Shown here one piece after another: positions 54,074 to 63,153 of a DNA stretch of 64,000 nt. The stretch is from Candidatus Nomurabacteria bacterium (GTDB taxonomy: Bacteria > Patescibacteriota > Minisyncoccia > Phycocordibacterales > UBA9973): assembly GCA_023267215.1 (NCBI GenBank), contig JAHFNS010000002.1, positions 32,149 through 96,148 on the forward strand, read 5' to 3'. How positions within the stretch are numbered: position 1 is the first letter of the stretch; every line of letters starts with the position of its first letter. The position numbers and the translations under genes were made by a program. The notes under the pieces were generated by a model, which did not search any database, was not told where the DNA came from, and was given only the letters and a program-made list of their open reading frames with translations.

Positions 54074-54751
54074 ATGCAACTAGTTTCATTTTTTCAGACT
54101 TATACATATTTGTTATGGGTATGTTTCCTTACTATCCCTTGGATTTTTATCTTTTTTAATAAAGAAACAAATAAAAGAGAAATGCTTTCCATAGGTACCT
54201 TATTTGGTATATTAGCCGTAATGATAGGAAAAAGATATTCTCTGCTTGATTATTGGCATCCTAATTATATTTTATTTCCTTTAGAAGATTTCCTGTATGC
54301 TTTTTTATTCAGTGGAATAATAACAGAATGGTATAAATTTTTCTTTTCTTTTTCAAAAAATAAACCAGGACAGAAACATTACATATTTGCATGGATGTCT
54401 TTATTTATAACAGTAATAAGTTTTATTCTCATTACAGATATTTTAGGATTTAATTCTTTTTTTTCCTACATAATGGCACCAATTTTAATTGGTATTTTTA
54501 TAGCCATCAAAAAACCACAAATATTTAAAATACAAGTTTTGAGTGCTTTATTTGCAACCATATTAACTTTTATTATTTTTCAAATACTTTTATTAGTTAA
54601 TCCAGATTTTGTAATGACAACCTGGAAGATTGAAAAATTAAGTGGAATATTATTTTTAAGTATTCCCATAGAAGAATATATATTCGCCTTTTCTTTAGGC
54701 TTTGGTCTTTCACTTTTTTATAAATTTATTTCTGGCAGAGAATTAGAATAA
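54074..54751 (+). CDS. hypothetical polytopic membrane protein
   Basis: 6-7 TM helices; no motif recognised. Confidence 0.3.
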   Translation: MQLVSFFQTYTYLLWVCFLTIPWIFIFFNKETNKREMLSIGTLFGILAVMIGKRYSLLDYWHPNYILFPLEDFLYAFLFSGIITEWYKFFFSFSKNKPGQKHYIFAWMSLFITVISFILITDILGFNSFFSYIMAPILIGIFIAIKKPQIFKIQVLSALFATILTFIIFQILLLVNPDFVMTTWKIEKLSGILFLSIPIEEYIFAFSLGFGLSLFYKFISGRELE

Positions 54752-54790
54752 AAACTGCTCAACAATTTTGCTGAGCAGAAATTTTATTTT

Positions 54791-55087
54791 TTAATTCTTT
54801 TCATAGTACATTCCTATTGGATGTACTTTGGAAGAGTTCCTAAATTTCTCGAAATACTCTTCTTTTTCTTGTTCTTGTTTTTGTTCCTTTTGTTGTTTTT
54901 CTTTTTCACTTTTCTTTTTTTCTCTTCTTAGTCTTATCTCATAAGAAAGAAAAATCATGAAAGTAAAGAAAACAACGAAAGAAAGTATAGCTACTACCAA
55001 AAACCAAGGAATATTTTCCATAGCAGTTCCTCTATATGTTGACAAATTTAGTTTTAAATTACTACTTACTAAACCTTTTGTCAACAT
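54791..55087 (-). CDS. small membrane protein with K/E/Q-rich C-terminal tail
   Basis: single TM WFLVVAILSFVVFFTFMIFL; likely starts at internal Met (MENIPW). Confidence 0.3.
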   Translation of the reverse strand: MLTKGLVSSNLKLNLSTYRGTAMENIPWFLVVAILSFVVFFTFMIFLSYEIRLRREKKKSEKEKQQKEQKQEQEKEEYFEKFRNSSKVHPIGMYYEKN

Positions 55088-55121
55088 TTCAATATCCTCT
55101 CAAGTAATATAAGATGAAATT

Positions 55122-55901
55122 ATGAGAATAGTTATAAAAGTTGGAACTCAGGTCATAGCGAGTAAAAATGGACTTGATCAAAAAAAGATAGCGAAACTTA
55201 CCAAGGAAATTTCTTTTTTGATAAAAAAAGGGCACCAAGTGGTTTTGGTTTCCTCTGGCGCTATCGGCGCAGGATTGCCAAGTGTCCCCTTCACCAACCC
55301 ACATAGGAAAAAAATTGCTGCCGCTATCGGACAACCTATTTTAATACATGATTATTACCGCGAAGCTAAAAAATATAAAATCTCTATTGGTCAAATTTTA
55401 ATTTTAAGTAATGATTTCACCAACCCTGAACGTTTCAAAAATTTAGTTTCCAATATGGAAGCAATGCTCTCTCATAAAATTTTGCCGATTATTAATGAAA
55501 ACGATGTGATGAAGGGAGAAGACTTAACTATCGGAGACAATGATATATTGGGCGCCAAAGTCGCTGTCGGCCTTAAGGCAGATAAACTCATAATTTTGAC
55601 CAATCAAAATGGATTACATACTTGCAACCCTGATCATAATGAAAATGCTAAACTTATTAAAGAAGTTAAAAATATCAATTCTAAGATCGAAAATCTCTGT
55701 TCGGTAGATAAATCAGATTTGGGATTAGGAGGAATGATTTCAAAAGTTTCTGCTGCTAAATATGCCACAAGTCACGGAGTGGAAACATTGGTAGGCAATG
55801 GGAAAGAAAAAGATATAATCATTAAAGCCTTGGGAAAAGATTTTCCAGGCACAAGGTTTATAGCTCCTGCTTCGCTAAAGCCACGCAGGACAGAAAAATA
55901 A
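55122..55901 (+). CDS. proB: glutamate 5-kinase (no PUA domain)
   Basis: amino-acid-kinase fold VIKVGT..VVLVSSGAIGAG, GDNDILGA motif. Confidence 0.8.
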   Translation: MRIVIKVGTQVIASKNGLDQKKIAKLTKEISFLIKKGHQVVLVSSGAIGAGLPSVPFTNPHRKKIAAAIGQPILIHDYYREAKKYKISIGQILILSNDFTNPERFKNLVSNMEAMLSHKILPIINENDVMKGEDLTIGDNDILGAKVAVGLKADKLIILTNQNGLHTCNPDHNENAKLIKEVKNINSKIENLCSVDKSDLGLGGMISKVSAAKYATSHGVETLVGNGKEKDIIIKALGKDFPGTRFIAPASLKPRRTEK

Positions 55902-55902
55902 T

Positions 55903-56652
55903 ATGAATATAACAATTATAGGTTACGGAATAATGGGTAAAGCCATAGCTAAAAATCTTTCAAACGATTCTTCAATCAAAATTTTTACTGTTGATGTAGA
56001 TAAAAAAGATTTGAGTGGAATAAAAAAATCTGATTTTATAATTTTAGCAGTCAAGCCTCAAGACGCACCCAAGACAATAAAAGAATTGAAGGATTATGGA
56101 ATAAATAAAAACACCATAATAATTTCAATTATGGCAGGTTTTCCAATCAAAAAAATAATTAATCTTTCTGATTGTAAAAAAGTAATAAGAATGATGCCAA
56201 ATTTAGGATTATCGGTAGGGGTAGGCATAGCGGCTTGGAAACAATTAAATTTATCAAAACTAGAAATAAAAAAATCTACAAATTTTATAAACAAAATTAC
56301 AGAAAATTTTGAAGTACAAAATGAAGATGTATTAAATAAAATAACAGCCCTCTCTGGTAGCGGACCTGCATATTTTTTTCTTCTAGCAGAATACTTAACA
56401 AAAGCCGGAGAAAAAATAGGACTGACAAAAGAACAAAGTAAAAAATTGGTAGGAAAAACATTTTTAGCTTCTGCCCTACTTAGTAAAGATGCTGATTATT
56501 CTATGTTAATAGAGAAAATCGCTTCCAAGGGTGGCACTACAGAGGCTGCTTTAAAAGTTTTCAAAAATAAAAATTTAGAGAAAACTGTGTTAGAAGCTGT
56601 CACTTCCGCTTATAAAAGAGCAAAAAAACTTTCAAAAGCTCCGCTTAAGTAA
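55903..56652 (+). CDS. proC: pyrroline-5-carboxylate reductase
   Basis: N-terminal Rossmann IIGYGIMGKAIAKNL, C-terminal P5CR dimerisation region (GGTTEAALKV). Confidence 0.8.
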   Translation: MNITIIGYGIMGKAIAKNLSNDSSIKIFTVDVDKKDLSGIKKSDFIILAVKPQDAPKTIKELKDYGINKNTIIISIMAGFPIKKIINLSDCKKVIRMMPNLGLSVGVGIAAWKQLNLSKLEIKKSTNFINKITENFEVQNEDVLNKITALSGSGPAYFFLLAEYLTKAGEKIGLTKEQSKKLVGKTFLASALLSKDADYSMLIEKIASKGGTTEAALKVFKNKNLEKTVLEAVTSAYKRAKKLSKAPLK

Positions 56653-56668
56653 TTCCCTAAGCGGAGCT

Positions 56669-57940
56669 TTGGGGAAAATAACAATGAATAAAAAGATTCA
56701 AAAACAACTACATAATGTAAAAGAAGCATCCAAGTCATTTGGACTTTTAACACACACAAAAAGAAATTTGATTCTAAAAAATCTGAAAGTAGAATTGTTA
56801 AAAAACAAAAAAGAAATCATAAAAACTAACGCAAAAGACTTAAAAAAAATTAATAAAGAAAGCCCCCTGTACGACCGTCTTCTCTTGGATGAGACACGCA
56901 TAGAAGGTATGGCAAAAGAAATTGAAAGTTTAATAAAAATGAAAGACCCAGTCGGTGAGATTTTTGATTGTAGAGAAAATCTAGGTTTAAAAATCTGCAA
57001 AAAGAAAGTACCGCTCGGAGTCATCGGTATTATCTATGAATCAAGACCAAATGTGACGACAGATGTATCTGCTATTTGCATCAAATCAGGGAACGCTATT
57101 ATTCTGAAAGGTGGCAAAGAAGCGAGAGAAAGTAATTTGCTACTTTGTAAACTTATAAAAAATGCTCTGGTCAAAGCTCATGTAAGTCCAGAAATAATTC
57201 AATTTATTGATCCAAAAATAAAAAATAGTGTTTTAGATATAATCTCTGCTAATGGTTTGATAGATGTTGTCATCCCTCGTGGAAGTGCAAATTTAATAAA
57301 TTTCATAAGAGAAAATACTACAGTCCCTCTCATAGAAACTGGTGCTGGAGTTTGTCATACATATGTGGATGAAAGTGCAAAACTTTCAGAATCAGCTGAA
57401 ATTATTTTTAATGCAAAGACACAACGCCCAAGCGTCTGTAATGCACTCGACACACTGCTCGTACATAAGAAAATAGCAAAAGAATTTTTACCAAAAGTAG
57501 CCAAACTTTTAGTAGAAAAAAATGTAGAAATATTTGCCGATCCTGAAAGCCATAAAATTTTAGAAAATATTTATCCAGAAAATCTTTTGCAAATTGCCAA
57601 AGCAACAGATTTCGGACGAGAATTTTTAAGCCAGAAAATGTCTATCAAAATAGTTCCAAATATTGATGAGGCTATAAAATTTATTCAAAAATATTCTTCC
57701 AAACATTCTGAAGCAATACTGACAGAAAATAGAAACAATGCTGAAAAGTTTTTGAATGAAATAGATTCAGCTGTTGTTTATACCAATGCTTCCACCCGCT
57801 TCTCTGATGGTGCTGTTTTTGGTCTCGGTTCGGAAATAGGTATCTCAACTCAAAAAATCCATGCCCGTGGCCCGATGGGTCCATCCGAAATGACAACTTA
57901 TAAATGGATCGTCACCGGAAACTACAATACTAGAAAATAA
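56669..57940 (+). CDS. proA: gamma-glutamyl phosphate reductase
   Basis: ALDH-fold with catalytic Cys region (RPSVCNALDTLLVH), 423 aa. Confidence 0.9.
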   Translation: MGKITMNKKIQKQLHNVKEASKSFGLLTHTKRNLILKNLKVELLKNKKEIIKTNAKDLKKINKESPLYDRLLLDETRIEGMAKEIESLIKMKDPVGEIFDCRENLGLKICKKKVPLGVIGIIYESRPNVTTDVSAICIKSGNAIILKGGKEARESNLLLCKLIKNALVKAHVSPEIIQFIDPKIKNSVLDIISANGLIDVVIPRGSANLINFIRENTTVPLIETGAGVCHTYVDESAKLSESAEIIFNAKTQRPSVCNALDTLLVHKKIAKEFLPKVAKLLVEKNVEIFADPESHKILENIYPENLLQIAKATDFGREFLSQKMSIKIVPNIDEAIKFIQKYSSKHSEAILTENRNNAEKFLNEIDSAVVYTNASTRFSDGAVFGLGSEIGISTQKIHARGPMGPSEMTTYKWIVTGNYNTRK

Positions 57941-57954
57941 ACAGGCAAGGCCTG

Positions 57955-59001
57955 TTAAATTTTGTTTTCTTTTATTTTTCTTTTCAATTTATACGCATTC
58001 CCATGACTAAGCATCCCCAAATAAGATTGTATAGTATTTGGTTTGGGATTTTTGTTAATATTCCTAAACATCCTTCTTTTTGTAGCAGTGCGTAATACTC
58101 TATGCTTCGGAAAATGCACCCAACCAAGAAAATCTACACCGGAGTAGATTGTTTTAATAAATACTTTATCTGGGTGCATATTTAACTTTAGTTTAGTCTC
58201 TAAAAATTCTTTCATTACTTTCAGTGTGTTTTCTAAATATTCTTTATCGTCTGAAAGAACAACAAAATCATCTGCATATCTAATGTAATATTTTACTTTC
58301 AGTTTATGTTTTATATATTGATCAAATTCATTCATATAGATATTTACTAAAAGTTGAGAAGTTAAATTACCAAGTGGTAAACCTTTCAATGACACATTCT
58401 CTGCCATGGCAGAAAGTGTGTCATTTTGTATATATACACTATCACTGATATCTGTATTTGTGTGGAAGCTATTTATTATTTGTTCTAATAACCAGATAAT
58501 GTCTTCATCTTTTACATGCTTTGTCAGAATATCTTTCAAAATATTGTGATCTATGTTTGCAAAGAATTTTCTAATATCGCATTTTAATACAAAACAAGTT
58601 TTAGCGCTGTTTTTAGAAACAATTCTTATCATTTGCCTAAATCTGTTTATAGATCTATGAGTTCCTTTTTCTATTCTGCAAGAATATGAATCATAAATAA
58701 ATTTACTATCAAAATAACCATAGAATTCTTGATAAATTAAGTGATGAAGTAATCTATCTCGCACCATCGCCTTATGAATTTGTCTCGGTTTTGGGTCAGA
58801 AATATTAAAAGCTTTATAACCACCATGCACATAAGTTTTGTTTTTTAAATCAATATATAAATCAAAAATATTATCCATCAATTTAGATTGAAACAATATC
58901 ACATCATTTTTCTTTTTCTTGTCATGTAAAAACTCCTGCCAAGCTTGAAGTAATTTTTCTATAGTTATGATATTATCGTATGTATGAATAAATCGTCTCA
59001 T
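57955..59001 (-). CDS. diversity-generating retroelement reverse transcriptase
   Basis: RT motifs incl. YADDFVV; DGR-specific LPLGNLTSQLLVNIYMNEFD motif; C-terminal SYLGMLSHGN. Confidence 0.9.
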   Translation of the reverse strand: MRRFIHTYDNIITIEKLLQAWQEFLHDKKKKNDVILFQSKLMDNIFDLYIDLKNKTYVHGGYKAFNISDPKPRQIHKAMVRDRLLHHLIYQEFYGYFDSKFIYDSYSCRIEKGTHRSINRFRQMIRIVSKNSAKTCFVLKCDIRKFFANIDHNILKDILTKHVKDEDIIWLLEQIINSFHTNTDISDSVYIQNDTLSAMAENVSLKGLPLGNLTSQLLVNIYMNEFDQYIKHKLKVKYYIRYADDFVVLSDDKEYLENTLKVMKEFLETKLKLNMHPDKVFIKTIYSGVDFLGWVHFPKHRVLRTATKRRMFRNINKNPKPNTIQSYLGMLSHGNAYKLKRKIKENKI

Positions 59002-59002
59002 A

Positions 59003-59374
59003 TTGGTATCACCCCCCCCCGCAGCGCCTTCAGCGCTTCTAAAAGCAAAAATCGCTTACTCTTTTTGGTTTAAAATATATAATGATTTTCCAAAGGCACA
59101 TCGCTATATTTTAGGTGAAAAAATTGGAGATTATTTTCTGGCTCTTTTAGAAAACATTTTTATTTCAATATATCTACCACCAGAACAAAAAATACAGAGG
59201 CTCACAATAGCTATTTCTAAACTAGATGGTGTAAAGTTCTTCTTACAAATTGCTTGGGAAAACAAATGTATTCCTAGTGAAAAATATTCTACTCTTTCAG
59301 AACTTTTAAATGAAATCGGCAGAATGCTGGGTGGTTGGAAAAAAGGACTTGAAAAGAAAACCCCTCAGAAATAA
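59003..59374 (+). CDS. avd: Avd-like accessory variability determinant (TIGR02436 four-helix-bundle family), opposite strand to RT/TR/VR; TTG start 1 nt from RT start codon
   Basis: KIYNDFPKAHRYILGEKI..LLENI and IPSEKYSTLSELLNEIGRMLGGW match the four-helix-bundle family pattern (..fPkeEky.l.sQi.. / yiseeeYeel.eel.eisrMLngL). Confidence 0.65.
   Translation: MVSPPPAAPSALLKAKIAYSFWFKIYNDFPKAHRYILGEKIGDYFLALLENIFISIYLPPEQKIQRLTIAISKLDGVKFFLQIAWENKCIPSEKYSTLSELLNEIGRMLGGWKKGLEKKTPQK
59012..59020. repeat. C9 homopolymer tract at 5' end of avd ORF / RT-avd divergent junction
   Basis: read directly (ACCCCCCCCCG); encodes PPP after TTG start. Confidence 0.9.
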
Positions 59375-59390
59375 TCCAAGGAGAAAGATA

Positions 59391-59508
59391 TTGTTTCTGA
59401 AGCAGACACCATTGCCAGCATTCCACTCATTGTCGGGATTGACCTTGTTCACGTTGACGTTGAGCTGACCATCATCGTTGCGATACGCGTTAAAGCGGTA
59501 CAAATTGT
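59391..59508 (-). repeat. DGR template repeat (TR), sense on minus strand
   Basis: 118-nt repeat vs 59820-59937 at constant offset 429; all 15 mismatches have A on the minus strand in this copy. Confidence 0.85.
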
Positions 59509-59818
59509 GGAAATAATCATCTTTTTCACTGCCAGCCTAAGCGCAATTAAATGCCAGAGACTGTGCTGTATTTTATTTGGGACATAAAAGTCCACCAATT
59601 ATTTCCACCAACATTTTCTTTTTTGTTTTAGAAATATAACTGCCCTCTTATGTAAGCCTTGGCCGACACAACTCTCACAAATTATTTTTCTAGAATCCCC
59701 ACTCTCAAGCCGTGACCGAAGAGTTATTAAGAATTCCTTCTTTATTATATATTAAAAAAAGAAAAAGGGCCTAAGACACAAAGTATCTAAGGACCCTTTT
59801 TTATTAAGAAACATAGTT

Positions 59819-60496
59819 TCAGTTGCTGAAGCAGACACCATTGCCAGCACTCCACTCATAGTCGGGATTGACCCTGCCCACGTCGACGTAGAGCTGACCA
59901 CCATCGATGCGATACGCGCGAAAGCGGTACAAAGTGTCAACACCATCAACTTTAAAGTAGACGATGACACCTGTTCCTTTTATATCAACTTCACCGAAGA
60001 GAATAACTTTACAGATTATAGAAAGTCCTTCAAGATAAGAATAGACTTTTTTAATTCCAGTATTTTCAGCTTCTTCAAGAATCTGTTTGTGAGTTAAGTT
60101 GGGAATAAACCGATACACTACAGTAATAAAGCCTTTAGGTATATCAAGAACCGTTTTTCCGTTAAAGTAATTCCAAAGATCTTTATCAATGAACGGAACG
60201 ACATTTTTTAATCTAGCTTCTCTTTCGAGAACTGATTTTAGAAAAGTCATCACTGTATCTTCACTGACTGTAAATAACTCTGGACTTTTAGGAATAGTAA
60301 GGGTTTTTGTTTTTTGAAAAAGTTTTGAAACAAATTCTTTGACTCCCAAAAATTCAAGAAGTTCAGGTTTTGTAAAGTGATTAACCTTGTTATGCGCCCT
60401 GAAACGCAAGTCATTATTTGCAACATTCTGACGAATTCTCTTTATGAGACTGTCAACGCGCTTGTTGCCACGTGCGGTGTTGTTTTTGTTTGGCAT
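59819..60496 (-). CDS. DGR target protein (225 aa, basic N-terminus, no signal peptide) with C-terminal VR
   Basis: last ~38 codons lie in VR (..YRFRAYRIDGGQLYVDVGRVNPDYEWSAGNGVCFSN); imperfect hairpin plus T-run immediately downstream (59765-59802). Confidence 0.8.
   Translation of the reverse strand: MPNKNNTARGNKRVDSLIKRIRQNVANNDLRFRAHNKVNHFTKPELLEFLGVKEFVSKLFQKTKTLTIPKSPELFTVSEDTVMTFLKSVLEREARLKNVVPFIDKDLWNYFNGKTVLDIPKGFITVVYRFIPNLTHKQILEEAENTGIKKVYSYLEGLSIICKVILFGEVDIKGTGVIVYFKVDGVDTLYRFRAYRIDGGQLYVDVGRVNPDYEWSAGNGVCFSN
59820..59937 (-). repeat. DGR variable repeat (VR) at 3' end of target gene
   Basis: cognate of TR; substitutions only at TR-adenine positions (N->R/I/Y/D/G/S, D->G, K->R at protein level). 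Confidence 0.85.
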
Positions 60497-60646
60497 TTTG
60501 CACCATCCTATAGTTTTTTAAGAACTTGAGCCGATTTTTCTGTGTTTTTTACAGAACGGAACGGTTTCTAACCTTTGTTATATTATATACCTTTTTAACA
60601 AAAAGTCAAGAGGAAAAATATTTCATAACAAGCTATAATAAAAAAC

Positions 60647-61834
60647 ATGAAATATTGTAAAGATTGCGAACCAGCACAAGAAAATCATTTTGTAGCCTAT
60701 TTATCAGTTGTTTTGGATTATATTAGCCAACCACTTTTTAATATCATGGAATTGCTTTTTAAAAGCACAGCGGAAGCAATCTCTTCTAGGGTTTCTATTC
60801 CATTCATGCAATTAATGGTTTTTTTAGGGTTTGCTCATTTTTCAGAACGACCTGACAGTAAAGACACATTGCGTACAAAATGTTTTTGGGAAGAAGCAGA
60901 GAGACGCGGAATAAAAATGCGAGAATTTAAAATGGGTTTAATTAAAGATTCTTTTATTGCCGAATACAAAGGAAAAAGAATAAGTTTTGATGGTCTACCT
61001 CGAGGAGAAGAGGGAGAATCTGGAGCTATTGATTGGATGGACAATAAAGGTATCATGAAAATAAAATTTCTAAAAGAAGATTTGCCTGTTGCTCGTGGCG
61101 GAGTGGCTTTTACAAAAAAGAAGGCACTTAAAATTTTTAATGAAATTACTAAACCCGTGATCACGAAACCAAATTTGGGTTCACGTTCTCGTCATACTTT
61201 GATACATATAGATACACCTGAAAAATTAATCTATGGTTTTGAAAAAGCAAAAAAGCTTTCTCCTCTCGTCGTGATAGAAGAAGAATTGCGAGGATATCTT
61301 TTTAGAGCAACTTTAGTAAATAGTAAATTAGTCGGCGTTGTGAGACGCGACCAACCAGAAGTGACAGGTGACGGAATCCATACTTTGCAAGAATTGATGG
61401 ATAAAGAAAATGAGCGCGCCGAAAGAAAAGGACCTATATTCCATAAAATAATTATTGACCCCGATGCAGAAGTAGAATTAAAACGCGAAGGAATTAAAAT
61501 GGAAGATATTCCAGCCGCCCACAAGGTCATCACTTTTTCTCAAAAGACTAGTCGTGGCATTGGTGGGACAACGACAGAAGTAACAGATTTAATCCATCCG
61601 GAAAATGTTAAGATGTTAGAAAAATTAGGAGCCTATTTGAAAGATCCACTCGTTGGCGTTGATCTCATAATAGAAAAGATAGAAGAACCTTGGTACACCG
61701 AACAACATTGCGGAATAATAGAATGCAACAGTCTGCCATTTATAGATTTGCATCACTACCCTCTTTTCGGAAAACCAAACAATGTAGCCGGTAAACTCTG
61801 GGACTTTGCAATGCCTGAATCTAAAGGGAAATAA
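60647..61834 (+). CDS. ATP-grasp domain protein (cyanophycin-synthetase/RimK-like ligase)
   Basis: ATP-grasp pattern: ITKPNLGSRSRHTLI, EEELRGYLFRATLV, GIIECNSLPFIDLHHYP (Mg/ATP-binding E-x-N near C-term). Confidence 0.55.
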   Translation: MKYCKDCEPAQENHFVAYLSVVLDYISQPLFNIMELLFKSTAEAISSRVSIPFMQLMVFLGFAHFSERPDSKDTLRTKCFWEEAERRGIKMREFKMGLIKDSFIAEYKGKRISFDGLPRGEEGESGAIDWMDNKGIMKIKFLKEDLPVARGGVAFTKKKALKIFNEITKPVITKPNLGSRSRHTLIHIDTPEKLIYGFEKAKKLSPLVVIEEELRGYLFRATLVNSKLVGVVRRDQPEVTGDGIHTLQELMDKENERAERKGPIFHKIIIDPDAEVELKREGIKMEDIPAAHKVITFSQKTSRGIGGTTTEVTDLIHPENVKMLEKLGAYLKDPLVGVDLIIEKIEEPWYTEQHCGIIECNSLPFIDLHHYPLFGKPNNVAGKLWDFAMPESKGK

Positions 61835-61838
61835 AAAA

Positions 61839-61854
61839 GGCCAGAAAACTGGCC
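61839..61854. terminator. bidirectional hairpin GGCCAG-AAAA-CTGGCC between convergent genes
   Basis: A-run upstream and T-rich downstream on both strands. Confidence 0.45.
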
Positions 61855-61869
61855 CTTGTAAACTTTTCA

Positions 61870-62190
61870 TTAAATCTTTGAGATACTAAATGTCCCAAAA
61901 AAATTTTTCCTTTTTTTAAATAACAAAGAAATAGAGTACTTACTTCCTTCTGCGATAACTACTACAATAAAACCTGTGTTTGATACATTGAGGTCTTTCG
62001 GTTTTGTAATAATAGAACCAAGAATTCCAGCCTCAGTATAAAATTTTATTTTAAAATCTTCTTCATTTTTTTCATAAGAAAAAATCTCTTCTAATGAAAA
62101 ACTCGAAGTAAACTCTTTTTCTATTGGCTTATTCGCACAATCAAAATCTGTTATTTCCAATAGCTTCTGTTGATCTAATAATACTTGCAT
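61870..62190 (-). CDS. hypothetical protein
   Basis: ORF only; no motif. Confidence 0.25.
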   Translation of the reverse strand: MQVLLDQQKLLEITDFDCANKPIEKEFTSSFSLEEIFSYEKNEEDFKIKFYTEAGILGSIITKPKDLNVSNTGFIVVVIAEGSKYSISLLFKKRKNFFGTFSISKI

Positions 62191-62293
62191 ATTATCCTCT
62201 ATTTATGATGAATTTTCTACTCTTATTCTAAACTAAAAAAATCATTCTGTCAACTACAATACAACCCCCTATCCCCCTTGTCAGGGAAGGAAC

Positions 62294-62393
62294 ACCTCAC
62301 CCCTAACCCCTCTCCAAAATTTTAATTTTGGAGAGGGGAAAATCTGCTTAATAGCAGATTGGGGTGAGGTAAAGTCCCCCTGATAAGGGGGAT
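62294..62393 (+). repeat. 100-nt GC-rich multi-stem structured element, copy 1 (additionally enclosed by 11-bp outer stem ACAACCCCCTA/TAGGGGGTTGT at 62262-62405)
   Basis: P1 ACCTCACCCC/GGGGTGAGGT encloses 15-bp hairpin CCCCTCTCCAAAATT/AATTTTGGAGAGGGG and 7-bp hairpin AATCTGC/GCAGATT; 3' hairpin TCCCCC-TGATAA-GGGGGA. Confidence 0.85.
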
Positions 62394-62446
62394 TTAGGGG
62401 GTTGTATTAAAATACAGCTTTGTTAATATATATGTAATAAAATTTT

Positions 62447-63070
62447 ATGACTTTCATATCTTTAATTTTAACTATTCTAAGTTCTCTTATATTTTTAGGA
62501 TTTTTTATTTTATATAATAAAAATATTTTAAATGGTTCTATAAAACCAAACATTGTCACTTGGAGTCTTTTTGCTTTAATTACTCTTATCAATTCACTCA
62601 CCTATATTTCTTTTACTCATGACATTTTTAAAGGGGCACTCGCTTTTACAGATTGTTTCACTTGTATTATCATTACTTCTTTAATTCTTTTTAAAAATCA
62701 AAATTTTAAAATAAACACTTCAGAAAAAGTAATAATTCTTCTATCTATTTTATCTTTGATAATTTGGTATATATTACATTCAGCAGTATATGCAAATCTA
62801 TTATTACAACCAGCTTATATTTTAGCTTTTATTCCAACTCTTAAAAATGTATGGAAAAATCCAAAGGATGAAAGCACATTGGTATGGCTTATGTGGGCAG
62901 TTTCTTTTATTTTAACCATCATGGTAATAATAATCCGTTGGGAAAACAATTGGGCAGATTTAATTAACCCATTAATTGCATTAATTCTTCACACGAGTGT
63001 CGGTTTACTTGCATTACGTAAAATTAAAATCCAAAATACAACCTCACCCCTAACCCCTCTCCAAAATTAA
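62447..63070 (+). CDS. hypothetical 6-TM membrane protein bracketed by structured repeats (C-terminus runs into copy 2)
   Basis: hydrophobicity pattern; last 9 codons encoded by repeat. Confidence 0.4.
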   Translation: MTFISLILTILSSLIFLGFFILYNKNILNGSIKPNIVTWSLFALITLINSLTYISFTHDIFKGALAFTDCFTCIIITSLILFKNQNFKINTSEKVIILLSILSLIIWYILHSAVYANLLLQPAYILAFIPTLKNVWKNPKDESTLVWLMWAVSFILTIMVIIIRWENNWADLINPLIALILHTSVGLLALRKIKIQNTTSPLTPLQN

Positions 63071-63140
63071 AATTTTGGAGAGGGGAAAATCTGCTTAATA
63101 GCAGATTGGGGTGAGGTAAAGTCCCCCTGATAAGGGGGAT
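63041..63140 (+). repeat. 100-nt structured element, copy 2 (99/100 identical to copy 1)
   Basis: single substitution (T->A in hairpin loop) vs copy 1; flanks differ. Confidence 0.85.
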
Positions 63141-63153
63141 CTAGGGAGTTTAT

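Noticed and set aside
55089-55334. 81-aa minus-strand ORF
   Set aside because: Overlaps the 5' end of proB on the opposite strand; no supporting features.
59306-59503. 65-aa ORF on minus strand resembling the target protein C-terminus
   Set aside because: It is the in-frame translation of the DGR template repeat (Asn-rich version of the VR peptide), not an independent gene.
59752-59970. 72-aa minus-strand ORF overlapping VR
   Set aside because: Alternate-frame read-through of the GC-rich VR region; overlaps the well-supported target gene frame.
62294-63140. CRISPR array or integron
   Set aside because: Only two copies of a 100-nt repeat separated by ~650 bp. This is far too long and too few for CRISPR. 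No integrase (intI) is present, so the attC-like idea is only an analogy noted in findings.
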